A DNA stretch of 32,000 nt from Raphidiopsis brookii D9 (GTDB lineage Bacteria > Cyanobacteriota > Cyanobacteriia > Cyanobacteriales > Nostocaceae): contig ACYB01000010.1 in the NCBI GenBank assembly GCA_000175855.1, positions 29,464 through 61,463 of the forward strand, written 5' to 3'. The first letter of the stretch is position 1. Each line of letters starts with the position of its first letter. The position numbers were made by a program, and so were the translations under genes. Below, in pieces: positions 18,270-28,008 of this stretch. The notes beneath the pieces are model-generated. The model searched no databases and had not been told where the DNA came from. It saw only the letters and a list, made by a program, of their open reading frames with translations.

Positions 18270-19892
18270 TCAAATTTTACAGTAGGGAACGGAGGAGGGA
18301 AAATGTACTAACAAACCATATTCTAAACCGGCCACTACTGCTTGATAGGAAGCTTCTAAAATATTAGTCGAGACTCCCACAGTTGCCCAACGTGCTTGAC
18401 CATTACCAGATTCCACTAGGGCACGGGTTTTAGCAGAAGTGCCCACATTACCATTGAGGATTCTGACTTTGTAGTCTGTCAGTTCAAACTCGGCAATTTG
18501 AGGGTAAAAATTTAACAGCGCTTTACGCAGCGCTGAATCTAGAGCTGCAACAGGACCATTTCCTTCTGCTACCTCCAAAATATTTTCTCCCCCCACTGCT
18601 ACCTTAATTGTCGCTAGGGAGTTGGTGATGTTTTTTCCGTCAGCTAGATCACAATGTACTCGAAAACCTTGGACTTCGAAGAACTGTTGTTTGAGTCCTA
18701 ATACTTCATACATTAACAGGACGAAACTAGCTTCTGCAGCCTCAAACTGATAGCCTTCATTTTCTAGTTCCTTAATGCGTCTGAGAATTTCCTTGGTTTT
18801 CGGGTCGTGTTTATCTAATTCCATGCCCAAAGTTTTCGCCTTGGCTAAAACATTACTCACCCCAGCTTGTTCAGAAATCACAATTCGACGGAGATTGCCC
18901 ACTTGCTCTGGTTGGATATGTTCATAAGTAAGAGAATTGCGCTCTACAGCTGAAACATGAATACCACCTTTATGGGCAAAAGCCGAACGTCCTACATAGG
19001 GCGCGTGGTCATCCGGTGCCAAATTAACTACTTCACTGACAAAACGACTTGTGGGTGTTAGTTGACCTAGTAGATGTTCCCCAATACAATTATAACCTAA
19101 TTTTAATTGTAAGTTGGGAATTAAAGAACAGAGATTAGCATTGCCACAGCGTTCACCATAACCATTTATCGTCCCTTGAACCATTGTGGCTCCCGCCATT
19201 ACAGCTGTAATAGCATTAGCAACTGCCATTTCTCCGTCATTGTGAGTATGGATACCAATATGGGCATTTGATGACCAGTCAGAAATTGACTTGCCAACGA
19301 TAGTAACAATTTGAGACACCTCCTGGGGGAAAGTTCCACCATTAGTATCACACAAAACCAACCACTCAGCACCGCACTGAGCAGCTATTTTGATGGTCTG
19401 CAAGGCATAATCTGGATTTTGCTTATACCCATCAAACCAATGCTCGGCATCATAAATTACCCGCTTCCCTTGGGAACGTAAATACTCGATGGTATCACCA
19501 ATCATGGACAAATTCTCATCCAAAGAGGTTTTAATACCCTCTGTAACGTGTAGATCCCAAGATTTGCCGAAAATTGTCACCCAAGTTGTACCCGCAGCTA
19601 AAATCGGTTCTAGCATGGGTTCATTAATAGCTTGGGAAAAAGGACGACGGGTGGAGCAAAAGGGCACTAGTTGAGCTTGCTGTAGGGGATTTTTCCTCAC
19701 TTGCCAAAAAAAGTCTATATCCTTAGGATTAGCGCCTGGCCAACCACCTTCTATAAAGGGTACACCTAATTGATCCAGTTTATGGGCAATACATAATTTA
19801 TCTTGTATAGATAATGACAAACCTTCCCGTTGACTGCCGTCTCGGAGAGTGGTGTCATAGATTAGAATTGCTGTGGAGAGAGCTTTGGTCAT
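18270..19892 (-). CDS. cimA: (R)-citramalate synthase (LeuA/CimA family)
   Basis: 540 aa. IYDTTLRDGSQ, HTHNDGEMAVAN and a C-terminal LeuA-dimer-like regulatory domain. The length and N-terminus fit CimA better than LeuA, but that distinction is made by eye. Confidence 0.75.
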   Translation of the reverse strand: MTKALSTAILIYDTTLRDGSQREGLSLSIQDKLCIAHKLDQLGVPFIEGGWPGANPKDIDFFWQVRKNPLQQAQLVPFCSTRRPFSQAINEPMLEPILAAGTTWVTIFGKSWDLHVTEGIKTSLDENLSMIGDTIEYLRSQGKRVIYDAEHWFDGYKQNPDYALQTIKIAAQCGAEWLVLCDTNGGTFPQEVSQIVTIVGKSISDWSSNAHIGIHTHNDGEMAVANAITAVMAGATMVQGTINGYGERCGNANLCSLIPNLQLKLGYNCIGEHLLGQLTPTSRFVSEVVNLAPDDHAPYVGRSAFAHKGGIHVSAVERNSLTYEHIQPEQVGNLRRIVISEQAGVSNVLAKAKTLGMELDKHDPKTKEILRRIKELENEGYQFEAAEASFVLLMYEVLGLKQQFFEVQGFRVHCDLADGKNITNSLATIKVAVGGENILEVAEGNGPVAALDSALRKALLNFYPQIAEFELTDYKVRILNGNVGTSAKTRALVESGNGQARWATVGVSTNILEASYQAVVAGLEYGLLVHFPSSVPYCKI

Positions 19893-20085
19893 AAAGCAAA
19901 GATCGGGTAAACTACTACCTATTTTTTATGTTTTCTCATCACTGTACAATTTGGTGTGAGACTTTCCTAAGTTGACAGTATAGTTGACAAAGGTGTACAG
20001 TTGTAGGTCCTGGGCGGCTTTGTCAATTATATTGTATATTGGCCTGTCAAATCTGGACTTTAGGTAGTTTGAAAATGACACGTAA

Positions 20086-20279
20086 GCTGACTGCCAAGGC
20101 GCAGCCAGCATAATTAGAAAAGTATCGACAATATTTGGACTAGTTCTAGATGGAGTCAGTAAGGCGTCTTTGACTGCGCCAATTAGAGTACGCTTGTGGC
20201 ACGATTCGAGTAACAAGTCTCTGTCTAAGCAAGATTCTAATGAATCCCCGTCGCTTTAGCTCGGGGAGAAGTCAACGGA
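20086..20279 (+). mobile_element. Orphan 3'-terminal remnant of an IS200/IS605-family tnpB including the right end (copy B)
   Basis: By manual alignment it differs from 13674-13868 by 11 substitutions and 1 single-nt indel. It keeps the original frame through ...ADCQGAASIIRKVSTIFGLVLDGVSKASLTAPIRVRLW... There is no upstream tnpB body. It ends ...GGGGAGAAGTCAACGGA, 23 nt before the ATG at 20303. Confidence 0.65.
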
Positions 20280-20302
20280 AACTTACAAAGGAGATAAACA
20301 AG

Positions 20303-20731
20303 ATGGGTAAATGGACACCATTAGTTTTAATGGCTGGAGGCGTGGCAATCCTAGTGGGCACCCTATTGGGGATTAACTTTCCTATGGGTGGAGACCAGTC
20401 TGCTAATGTTCCTCCAGAAAGGCGTGCTTCCGGCGTTCTCCCAGCTAATATTAATGTTAACACATCTGATCCGGGAGAAGATGGGGAATCTGCTAATAGA
20501 AATAATCAAAACAATTCGGAAAGTGCCAATAACACGGATATCCCCGGTGACGTTCCCAATACTCCCAGAGGTGCTAGGGTGGCTCAAAGCAATTCTACCA
20601 CCGGTTCACCCAGAGATTCTAGTACCACCCAAGATCTGAACAACAGTGATGGATCTAGCTCTGATATAAATAATGGATCGGAATCTGTTAAAATTAATCG
20701 AAACAAACGACCTATTCGTGCTTTGTGGTAG
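20303..20731 (+). CDS. Membrane-anchored or secreted low-complexity (Asn/Ser/Gly/Asp-rich) protein
   Basis: I start at the ATG at 20303, which has AAGGAG 9 nt upstream. One N-terminal hydrophobic helix (WTPLVLMAGGVAILVGTLLGI) is followed by about 110 aa of N/S/D/G-rich sequence ending KRPIRALW. The track's 20240 start lies inside the IS remnant. Confidence 0.6.
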   Translation: MGKWTPLVLMAGGVAILVGTLLGINFPMGGDQSANVPPERRASGVLPANINVNTSDPGEDGESANRNNQNNSESANNTDIPGDVPNTPRGARVAQSNSTTGSPRDSSTTQDLNNSDGSSSDINNGSESVKINRNKRPIRALW

Positions 20732-20763
20732 TAAAGTAATTATATAAGGTGTAATCTACCTTA

Positions 20764-20779
20764 GGGGGCTAAAGCCCCC
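20764..20779 (+). terminator. Short GC stem-loop after the low-complexity protein gene
   Basis: GGGGGC-TAAA-GCCCCC is a 6-bp stem 33 nt after the stop. The downstream sequence is only A/T-rich, with no clean T-run. Confidence 0.35.
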
Positions 20780-20860
20780 AGTCTAAAATTTAATGTTTCA
20801 CTTAATTTATTATGGAAATTGTCAACTAATAGCTAATAATAGCTAAATAAATACTGAGTA

Positions 20861-22816
20861 ATGAATACGGATATTTTAATTATTGGTGGTGGCGTTATTG
20901 GGTTGGCCTGTGCCGTAGAGTTGAAGTTGAGGGGTGAAAATGTTACAGTTTTATGTCGTAACTTTACTGAAGCAGCTGGTCATGCAGCGGCAGGTATGTT
21001 GGCTCCTGATGCTGAAAACATAGCCAATGAAGCCATGTTGACCCTGAGCAAGCGATCGCTTTACTTATACCCAGAATGGGTTAGTAAGTTGGAAGAGTTA
21101 ACAGGGTTGAGTACGGGTTATTGGCCTTGTGGTGTGGTTGCTCCCGTGAGTCAAAAACCAAATAATCAAAGTCATTCCCCAGGTTACTGGTTGGATAAAT
21201 CAACAATTGAGCAATATCAACGGGGTTTAGGAGCGGATATAATTGGTGGTTGGTGGTACCCCGAAAATGGACAGGTGAATAATCAGTCCCTAATTCAGGT
21301 TTTGCGCTCAGCAGCAGAGTCTTTAGGGATTGAGTTCCGGGATGGAGTTACTGTGGAGGCAATCCTACAGCAACAGTCCCAGATTATGGGGGTTCAAACC
21401 AACAAAGGTTTATTCCATGCTGGTCACTACATTCTAGCTGCTGGTGCTTGGTCAAATCAATTGTTACCTTTACCAGTGCGTCCCTGTAAAGGACAAATGT
21501 TGCGGTTGCGCGTGCCAGGAATTTTACAAGAAATACCTCTAACAAGAGTGTTGTATGGTGAAAATGTTTATATTGTCCCTCGAAAAGACGGTTCTATTAT
21601 TGTGGGCGCTACCGTGGAAGAGGTGGGGTTTACAGCGAATAACACAGCAGCGGGGATTCAAAACTTGCTCAGTCAGTGCACCCGTTTGTACCCGTCCTTA
21701 GCAGATTATTCCCTAGAGGAAATGTGGTGGGGTTTCCGTCCAGCTACACCCGATGAATTGCCCATTTTGGGTGAAAGTTACTGTCAAAACCTAACCATGG
21801 CCACCGGTCATTATCGCAATGGGGTTTTGTTAGCACCAGTGACAGCCAAACTAGTAGCTGACCTGATTGTGTCCCAAAAACCCGATCCCCTGCTTAGCCA
21901 TTTCCGTTACTCCCGCTTTGAAAATTTACCTGTGCCTAACATACCATTCACTCATTCCGCTAATTTTACTGACAGCAAAGCTAGTAATTCATACTTAAAA
22001 TTTCCAGAATTCAACCGGATAGATTCAGAATTAAAGATTGGTCACAAGGTCTTCCATTCCAGATTAATGACCGGGACAGGAAAATATCGCAGTATGGAGG
22101 AAATGCAAGCAAGCGTTAATGCTAGTGGTTGTCAAATAGTTACTGTAGCCGTGCGCAGGGTGCAAACTAATGCTCCTGGACATGAAGGTTTAGCAGAGTC
22201 TTTAGATTGGAGTAAAATATGGATGTTGCCCAATACAGCTGGATGTCAAACTGCCCAGGAGGCCATTCGAGTAGCTCGCTTAGGTAGAGAAATGGCTAAA
22301 TTGCTAGGACAAGAAGATAATAACTTTGTCAAATTGGAGGTGATACCTGATCCTAAATACTTGCTACCCGACCCCATTGGTACCTTAGAAGCAGCAGAGC
22401 AGTTGGTAAAAGAAGGGTTTGCGGTTTTACCCTATATTAATGCCGATCCAATGTTAGCAAAGCGCTTAGAGGAGGTAGGATGTGCTACAGTCATGCCCTT
22501 AGCAGCTCCCATAGGTTCAGGACAAGGATTAAAAACCAGTACCAATATTCAGATTATCATAGAAAATAGTAAAATACCAGTAGTGGTAGATGCGGGAATT
22601 GGCTCACCTTCAGAAGCAGCACAAGCCATGGAGTTAGGAGCTGACGCCTTATTAGTTAATAGTGCGATCGCCCTGGCGCAAAATGCACCAGCAATGGCGT
22701 ATGCTATGAACTTAGCCACCACAGCGGGGAGAATAGCATATCTGGCAGGTAGAATGCCAATCAAAGAATATGCCAGTGCCAGTTCACCTACAACAGGAAC
22801 TATCACATCCTTGTAG
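20861..22816 (+). CDS. thiO-thiG: Bifunctional glycine oxidase ThiO / thiazole synthase ThiG fusion
   Basis: 651 aa. The N-terminal FAD Rossmann fold ([14 protein letters not shown]) and DAO-type domain cover roughly the first 370 aa. The C-terminal roughly 260 aa is ThiG ([56 protein letters not shown]). Confidence 0.85.
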   Translation: MNTDILIIGGGVIGLACAVELKLRGENVTVLCRNFTEAAGHAAAGMLAPDAENIANEAMLTLSKRSLYLYPEWVSKLEELTGLSTGYWPCGVVAPVSQKPNNQSHSPGYWLDKSTIEQYQRGLGADIIGGWWYPENGQVNNQSLIQVLRSAAESLGIEFRDGVTVEAILQQQSQIMGVQTNKGLFHAGHYILAAGAWSNQLLPLPVRPCKGQMLRLRVPGILQEIPLTRVLYGENVYIVPRKDGSIIVGATVEEVGFTANNTAAGIQNLLSQCTRLYPSLADYSLEEMWWGFRPATPDELPILGESYCQNLTMATGHYRNGVLLAPVTAKLVADLIVSQKPDPLLSHFRYSRFENLPVPNIPFTHSANFTDSKASNSYLKFPEFNRIDSELKIGHKVFHSRLMTGTGKYRSMEEMQASVNASGCQIVTVAVRRVQTNAPGHEGLAESLDWSKIWMLPNTAGCQTAQEAIRVARLGREMAKLLGQEDNNFVKLEVIPDPKYLLPDPIGTLEAAEQLVKEGFAVLPYINADPMLAKRLEEVGCATVMPLAAPIGSGQGLKTSTNIQIIIENSKIPVVVDAGIGSPSEAAQAMELGADALLVNSAIALAQNAPAMAYAMNLATTAGRIAYLAGRMPIKEYASASSPTTGTITSL

Positions 22817-22903
22817 GTGATGCTGATAGATTAAAAAATTGTTAGAATATAACTAGAATGTAAATGGATATTTTCCACACAAAGCCAGTAGGCGAGGCCA
22901 TAC

Positions 22904-24376
22904 ATGCTTATAAATACCTTACTTATTTCCTCTCAAATCCCTAACTTAAATTACTCATCTACCACGGAACGTTTTGACCAGACATGGGAAGCTCCATTAG
23001 CAACTCTATTGGGTTTGGGGCGCGCTGCTGGTGCGGACTTTGTGGAGTTTTTTTTAGAGCGTCGTAATTACATTAGTTGTTTAGCAGAAGAAGATATTAT
23101 CACCAGTATTTCACCTAGTTTCAGCACAGGTGCGGGTGTGAGAATATTCCATGGTAAAGGGGATTGTTATGTTAGCACCAACAATCTCACCTTTGCGGGT
23201 TTAAAAGCAGCCTTGGAAAAGGCACTTTCCATACTAGGCTTACAATTACCCATATCAAATGCCTTCGTCCCTGAAATCTACCTGGAATTGTTCCGAGACT
23301 ATGGCAATAAAAGACGGAAAGACAGTTGGTTACCCCTATGTGCCACAATCCGAGAGATGGGGGAAATATTGCTAGAGGGCACAGCCCAATTGCATAAAAA
23401 AGCCACTCACATTCAGTCTCGTCGTGCCAGCTATTTTCGTGATTGGCAAGAAGTATTAGTTGCAGCTAGTGATGGTACATTTGCTCGAGATATTCGCTTG
23501 ACCCAATCTGCAGGTTTTAGCCTCCTATGTGCTGACGGATCTCATCGTACTTCCATCAGTGAAAGAGCAGGCAATACCAGCGATCCTAACTTCCTCAAAA
23601 GCTGGGATTATGAACAGTCAGCTGACCAAATTGCTGAATCAGCTGGTAAAATGCTTTATGCTGATTACGTGGAATCAGGAAATTATCCCATTGTCATGGC
23701 CAATCACTTTGGAGGGGTAATATTTCATGAAGCTTGTGGACACCTACTAGAAACCACCCAAATAGAAAGAAAAACTACCCCATTTGCGGATAAAAAGGGC
23801 GAGAAAATTGCCCATGAAAGTCTAACAGCTTGGGATGAAGGGAGATCAGATAATGCTTTTGGCACCATTGACATGGATGATGAGGGGATGCCAGCTCAAA
23901 GAACATTACTCATAGAAAAAGGAGTTCTCAAAAACTTCTTAGCTGATCGAACCGGGTCTATGAGAACTGGACACCCGAGAACAGGTAGTGGTCGTCGTCA
24001 AAATTATACCTTTGCTGCTGCCAGTCGCATGAGAAATACTTATATTGCTCCCGGAGAATACACTAATGAGGACTTATTTGCTTCCATTGACAGGGGTATT
24101 TACTGTAAAAAGATGGGTGGAGGTAGTGTAGGTGCAACTGGGCAGTTTAATTTTAGCGTTGATGAGGCGTATCTCATAGAAAATGGGAAAGTCACCAAAC
24201 CTTTAAAGGGCGCTACCCTAATTGGAGAAGCTAAGGAAATCATGAACAAAATTTCCCTTTGTTCCCAGGATTTAGAATTAGCACCTGGTTTTTGCGGTTC
24301 TGTGAGTGGTAGCATTTACACCACAGTAGGACAACCACATATTAAGGTAGATTCCATTACCGTGGGGGGGAGATAG
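22904..24376 (+). CDS. tldD: TldD-family metalloprotease
   Basis: 490 aa. HEACGHLLE zinc motif and the C-terminal GxC...GQP...V(D)S block typical of TldD. Confidence 0.85.
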   Translation: MLINTLLISSQIPNLNYSSTTERFDQTWEAPLATLLGLGRAAGADFVEFFLERRNYISCLAEEDIITSISPSFSTGAGVRIFHGKGDCYVSTNNLTFAGLKAALEKALSILGLQLPISNAFVPEIYLELFRDYGNKRRKDSWLPLCATIREMGEILLEGTAQLHKKATHIQSRRASYFRDWQEVLVAASDGTFARDIRLTQSAGFSLLCADGSHRTSISERAGNTSDPNFLKSWDYEQSADQIAESAGKMLYADYVESGNYPIVMANHFGGVIFHEACGHLLETTQIERKTTPFADKKGEKIAHESLTAWDEGRSDNAFGTIDMDDEGMPAQRTLLIEKGVLKNFLADRTGSMRTGHPRTGSGRRQNYTFAAASRMRNTYIAPGEYTNEDLFASIDRGIYCKKMGGGSVGATGQFNFSVDEAYLIENGKVTKPLKGATLIGEAKEIMNKISLCSQDLELAPGFCGSVSGSIYTTVGQPHIKVDSITVGGR

Positions 24377-24433
24377 TTTGAACTGGAAGCACTTATCAAT
24401 AAACAATAACAAAGTTTAAATACTAGAAGTCTC

Positions 24434-25774
24434 ATGTCTAATATCCAACAAGTCGCTAAAAACGCCCAGGAAACCGCTAGAAAACTGGGTATTGAAAAAT
24501 TCGATATTTATGGTTCAACTGTAGATGACACTAGCGTACAAGTTGACCAAGGAGAACCTAAGCAGGTAAAAGCTTCTAATCGTTCTGGGGTCACAGTTAG
24601 GGTTTGGAACGAGGAGAATACAATGGGTGTTACCAGCACCACAGATGTGGATCCCAAAGGTTTAGAATTAGCCTTGCAAACTGCTTATGAAGCCAGTTTC
24701 TTCGGGGTGAAGGAAAATGTTCCTGACTTTAGTCCAGAAGCAACATTACCCATTGAAAGTACACCCAAAGAGAGATTTGCTCAAGCACCTGTTTCTGAAC
24801 TGATTGACAAACTGCTATTGGCAGAAAAAGAACTTTTAGACTCCCACCCTGCAATTAGTGGTGTACCTTATAATGGCTTATCTCAACGAGACGTAGAGCG
24901 GTTCTATCTCAATAGTAATGGTGCATTAAGAAAAGAGTCTCACTCCTTAGCCTCAATTTATTTATACAGTAAAACAGAACAAGAAGGGAAAAAACCTCGC
25001 AGTGCTGGTGCTTATCGGGTAAAGGAAAATTTAGGCAATTTAGATATTGCAGGTTGCATCAAAGAAGCAGCAGATAAAACTATCAGTCATTTGGATTACC
25101 AAAAAGTTAAAACTGGTAGATATCAGGTAGTTTTTTCTCCTGAAGCTTTTTTGAGTTTATTGGGTGCTTTCTCTAATTTATTTAATGCCCAAAATATTCT
25201 GGATAATCAAAGTTTATCCCAGGTAGATGACCTAGGTAAGCAAATTGCCTCTCCTTTACTTTCAGTTTATGATGATACCTTACATCCAGCTAATGTAGGA
25301 GCGGAAACCTTTGATGGAGAAGGGACACCTACCCGTCAAATAAGGCTAATAGAAAAGGGAATTTTAACCAGTTTTTTACACAGTGCGGGAACCGCCAAAA
25401 GACTCAATGCTCAACCTACAGGTAATGCCAGCATTGGTGCTAAAGTAACTGTCAGTCCTAATTTTTATCATGTGTTTGCTGCTAATACAACTGAAGAAGA
25501 ATTCAGTTTACAAACAGTAGAAAATGTGATACTGATTGATGATTTACAGGCTCTTCATGCGGGTGTTAAAGCTTTACAAGGTTCTTTTTCCTTACCCTTT
25601 GATGGTTGGTTAGTGAACAAGGGCGAAAAAATCAGCATTGATTCAGCAACTGTGGCGGGAGATTTTCTAGAACTATTGAAATCTATTGTTTACATAGAGA
25701 AAGAACCAGAATTAACACCGGGGGGAGTTTGTCCCAGAATTTGGGTAGGTGAACTCTCCATTACTGGAGACTAG
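24434..25774 (+). CDS. pmbA: PmbA/TldE-family protein (TldD partner)
   Basis: 446 aa. It has the TldD/PmbA fold without the HExxxH motif, and lies directly downstream of tldD. Confidence 0.8.
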   Translation: MSNIQQVAKNAQETARKLGIEKFDIYGSTVDDTSVQVDQGEPKQVKASNRSGVTVRVWNEENTMGVTSTTDVDPKGLELALQTAYEASFFGVKENVPDFSPEATLPIESTPKERFAQAPVSELIDKLLLAEKELLDSHPAISGVPYNGLSQRDVERFYLNSNGALRKESHSLASIYLYSKTEQEGKKPRSAGAYRVKENLGNLDIAGCIKEAADKTISHLDYQKVKTGRYQVVFSPEAFLSLLGAFSNLFNAQNILDNQSLSQVDDLGKQIASPLLSVYDDTLHPANVGAETFDGEGTPTRQIRLIEKGILTSFLHSAGTAKRLNAQPTGNASIGAKVTVSPNFYHVFAANTTEEEFSLQTVENVILIDDLQALHAGVKALQGSFSLPFDGWLVNKGEKISIDSATVAGDFLELLKSIVYIEKEPELTPGGVCPRIWVGELSITGD

Positions 25775-25838
25775 GTTCTAGGTTCTTTTGATTTCTACTT
25801 GGTCAAAGATTTAGTGAGGTAATTAACTGGATGGATTT

Positions 25839-26315
25839 ATGAACAATTGTATTTTAACGGTAGAGATTTATAACGAACCTCAATTGAGACACACAACAGA
25901 GGGGTTGGAAGTCACAGAGATGATAGTTCATGTACCAGGATCCCGTGCTGATGACCCTACCCATCCCTTGAAAGTTGTAGGTTGGGGAAATTTAGCCAAG
26001 GATATTCATCAGAATTATCATGCAGGTGACCGGGTAATTTTAGAGGGTCGTCTGGGAATGAACACCTTTGATCGTCCTGAAGGGTTTAAAGAAAAACGCG
26101 CTGAGTTGACAGTCCAAAAAATTCACCCTGTCACCAAAAATACGGGAACTAGCCAACCAGCTGGACAACTTCCCCAAGAGACCCCTAACTATCAAGCAAG
26201 TAGACCCACTCCAACTCCAGTGGTAGAAGAAACCGCACGTTCAGTAACCACCTTGGATCCCAGTCCTCAAGCAGTGATTCAGCCAACACCTAATCCGGAC
26301 GAGATACCATTTTAG
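25839..26315 (+). CDS. ssb: Single-stranded DNA-binding protein
   Basis: 158 aa. N-terminal OB fold (NNCILTVEIYNEPQLRHTTEG...VVGWGNLA...GDRVILEGRL), a Pro/Gln/Thr-rich linker and the acidic SSB tail ...PDEIPF. Confidence 0.8.
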   Translation: MNNCILTVEIYNEPQLRHTTEGLEVTEMIVHVPGSRADDPTHPLKVVGWGNLAKDIHQNYHAGDRVILEGRLGMNTFDRPEGFKEKRAELTVQKIHPVTKNTGTSQPAGQLPQETPNYQASRPTPTPVVEETARSVTTLDPSPQAVIQPTPNPDEIPF

Positions 26316-26331
26316 CTTGTACAGCTTTAGT

Positions 26332-26354
26332 CAGAATGCTTCCTAGGCATTCTG
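26332..26354. terminator. Hairpin between convergent genes (ssb and the 167-aa ORF)
   Basis: CAGAATGC-(7 nt)-GCATTCTG is an 8-bp stem in the 90-nt convergent gap. There is no clear U-tract on either strand. Confidence 0.35.
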
Positions 26355-26405
26355 GCTTCGTCCAGATGGTTATGGTTACAAGAGATGATTGTGGATGAAT
26401 GTAAC

Positions 26406-26909
26406 TTATATTTCCGCCAGAGCCCGTTCAATCAAGCGACGAGCTAGAGTTTGAGTTCCTGTGTGTTCATAATAGTTGGTGGACACGTCTAAAAAGGCTG
26501 CTACATAATCTAGTTTATCATCAGCAAACTCAAGAAAACCGCTAATGTTATTCAGGACTTTTTGAGCAGTTAAGGCATTAGCAGAAACTATTCCATTCAT
26601 CCAACCCTGCACAGAGTCCAGACTTTGACCAATAAAGTCTATTTTTCCACCGGTACCATTTCCGGGGATTGCATCCTTAATGCTTCTAAAAGTAGAATTT
26701 TGGTCCAATTCCTGGGGATTCATACTGCTGAGAAAAGACAATGATTTTTGCACAAAATCAGGACCGAGGGGGAGAATACCATCCACACAAATTAATGCTA
26801 CCATCCTAATTAGCGATTCACCAGCATATTCCCCCAAAGCGGCTACAAAATCGCCAATACTATCACCGGGAATGCCATTAATTTGACAAAAAGCCACTAA
26901 TTCCGCCAC
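26406..26909 (-). CDS. Hypothetical protein, probably the C-terminal part of a split gene
   Basis: The only start is a GTG with no purine-rich SD. The same frame is open a further 27 codons upstream, to a TGA at 26993-26991, and overlaps the end of the 108-aa ORF. Confidence 0.45.
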   Translation of the reverse strand: MAELVAFCQINGIPGDSIGDFVAALGEYAGESLIRMVALICVDGILPLGPDFVQKSLSFLSSMNPQELDQNSTFRSIKDAIPGNGTGGKIDFIGQSLDSVQGWMNGIVSANALTAQKVLNNISGFLEFADDKLDYVAAFLDVSTNYYEHTGTQTLARRLIERALAEI

Positions 26910-26965
26910 AACTTTTAAGGTGAGGTCAATAGTTTGGGCTTTATCGGGTTTGGGGGTGATAGAGT

Positions 26966-27292
26966 TTAAGAAACCAAATAAGGGTATGGTTCACCAACCT
27001 TATTTGCCAAAGCTGCTGCACCCAAAGCTTTATCAGTGCCATCTACGGTTTGATACAGCCATAAGGCAGTTTGATAACCTTGAGATTTATCGTTAAAAAG
27101 GTAAACTGCCCGTTCACCAATGGCTTGAATTAAATCTTCGTCAGTTTCACCAGTAACAGTTTTAATTGTATTGACAAACCCTACTGTATTTTGCCATTCA
27201 CCAGGAGCAACAAAGTCCAACGCGTTCAACAAAGAAACAGTTAAACCACTGGTAGGTAACTCATCAACTAGTTCAAAAATTGGCTTGCTCAC
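26966..27292 (-). CDS. Hypothetical protein, probably the N-terminal part of a split gene
   Basis: 108 aa with an ATG start and an upstream AGGAGA (minus strand). It ends 56 nt before the next ORF's GTG. Confidence 0.5.
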   Translation of the reverse strand: MSKPIFELVDELPTSGLTVSLLNALDFVAPGEWQNTVGFVNTIKTVTGETDEDLIQAIGERAVYLFNDKSQGYQTALWLYQTVDGTDKALGAAALANKVGEPYPYLVS

Positions 27293-27349
27293 AATAATCT
27301 CCTGATTGGTATGGTACTATTTTGCTACTTATTGTGCTATTTATTAAGG

Positions 27350-27859
27350 TTATTTCAACTTTGATAAACCATCAAGATCAAATTTTTCAATCCAATCTTC
27401 TCTGTTGCTGGCGTTAAATAATGGGTCTTTAGAAATCACTTTTACTTGGTACCTACCTACCAAAACAGAGGTTTGGGTTTTACCCAGTTCCACTGCTGGA
27501 TAACCATCTATTGTTTTGGTGCTGTTGGCATATTTTGAAGCCGTTCCAGGAGTGCTAGTGGTGTCAGAAATGGCCAGCTGTGCTACCACTTTACCACCTT
27601 TTTTCAAATTAGCCTCCGAGAAACCCTTTTTCTCTTGGGTATAAACTCGATTGTAGCCATCTTCACTTTTAGGGAAGAAAGCATTTAATTTACTACCCTG
27701 GGTAGCATTTTTAGAAACTGCTTGACCACTTCTTTGCTTTGTGCTTTCTTGTTGTACTGCATCAAAACGACTAGGTGCTTTAGCTGCGCAAGCTGTTGTT
27801 AATAGTAAAATGCACAGTAGCAAGCTGGCCAATATCCTGCGCCCACGGGATAAATTCAT
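27350..27859 (-). CDS. Putative lipoprotein
   Basis: I start at the ATG at 27859 (MNLSRGRRILASLLLCILLLTTAC...), which has AGGAGA 7 nt upstream. It has a signal peptide with a lipobox-like LTTAC. The track's longer start at 27916 adds an implausible N-terminus. Confidence 0.6.
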   Translation of the reverse strand: MNLSRGRRILASLLLCILLLTTACAAKAPSRFDAVQQESTKQRSGQAVSKNATQGSKLNAFFPKSEDGYNRVYTQEKKGFSEANLKKGGKVVAQLAISDTTSTPGTASKYANSTKTIDGYPAVELGKTQTSVLVGRYQVKVISKDPLFNASNREDWIEKFDLDGLSKLK

Positions 27860-28008
27860 GTTGATTCTCCTGGAATTATTGTAATTTATTGTGGTTTTTG
27901 TTGAAGCAATTACCAATTTAATACAGGGTGATCATTTATAGGTAAAAATTTATTATTTCCTTATTATTTTCCTATTCTCTAAGATATGCTACCTAATTTT
28001 AAATATTT

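Noticed and set aside
19926-20216. 96-aa minus-strand ORF next to cimA
   Set aside because: More than half of it is antisense to IS-remnant copy B. The equivalent frame is not preserved in copy A, and there is no RBS. It is probably a chance ORF in repeat-derived DNA.
20240-20302. Upstream ATG that extends the low-complexity protein by 21 aa
   Set aside because: The ATG and the extension lie inside the IS right-end repeat. The ATG at 20303 has a well-spaced AAGGAG and starts directly with the hydrophobic anchor.
22904-26315. tldD-pmbA-ssb as a possible peptide-maturation or defence module
   Set aside because: TldD/PmbA pairs are widespread housekeeping proteases. No precursor peptide, immunity gene or transporter gene is adjacent, and ssb looks canonical.
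27860-27916. Longer N-terminus (MVIASTKTTINYNNSRRIN) for the lipoprotein ORF
   Set aside because: The internal ATG at 27859 has an AGGAGA RBS and starts a canonical signal peptide. The extension has neither.
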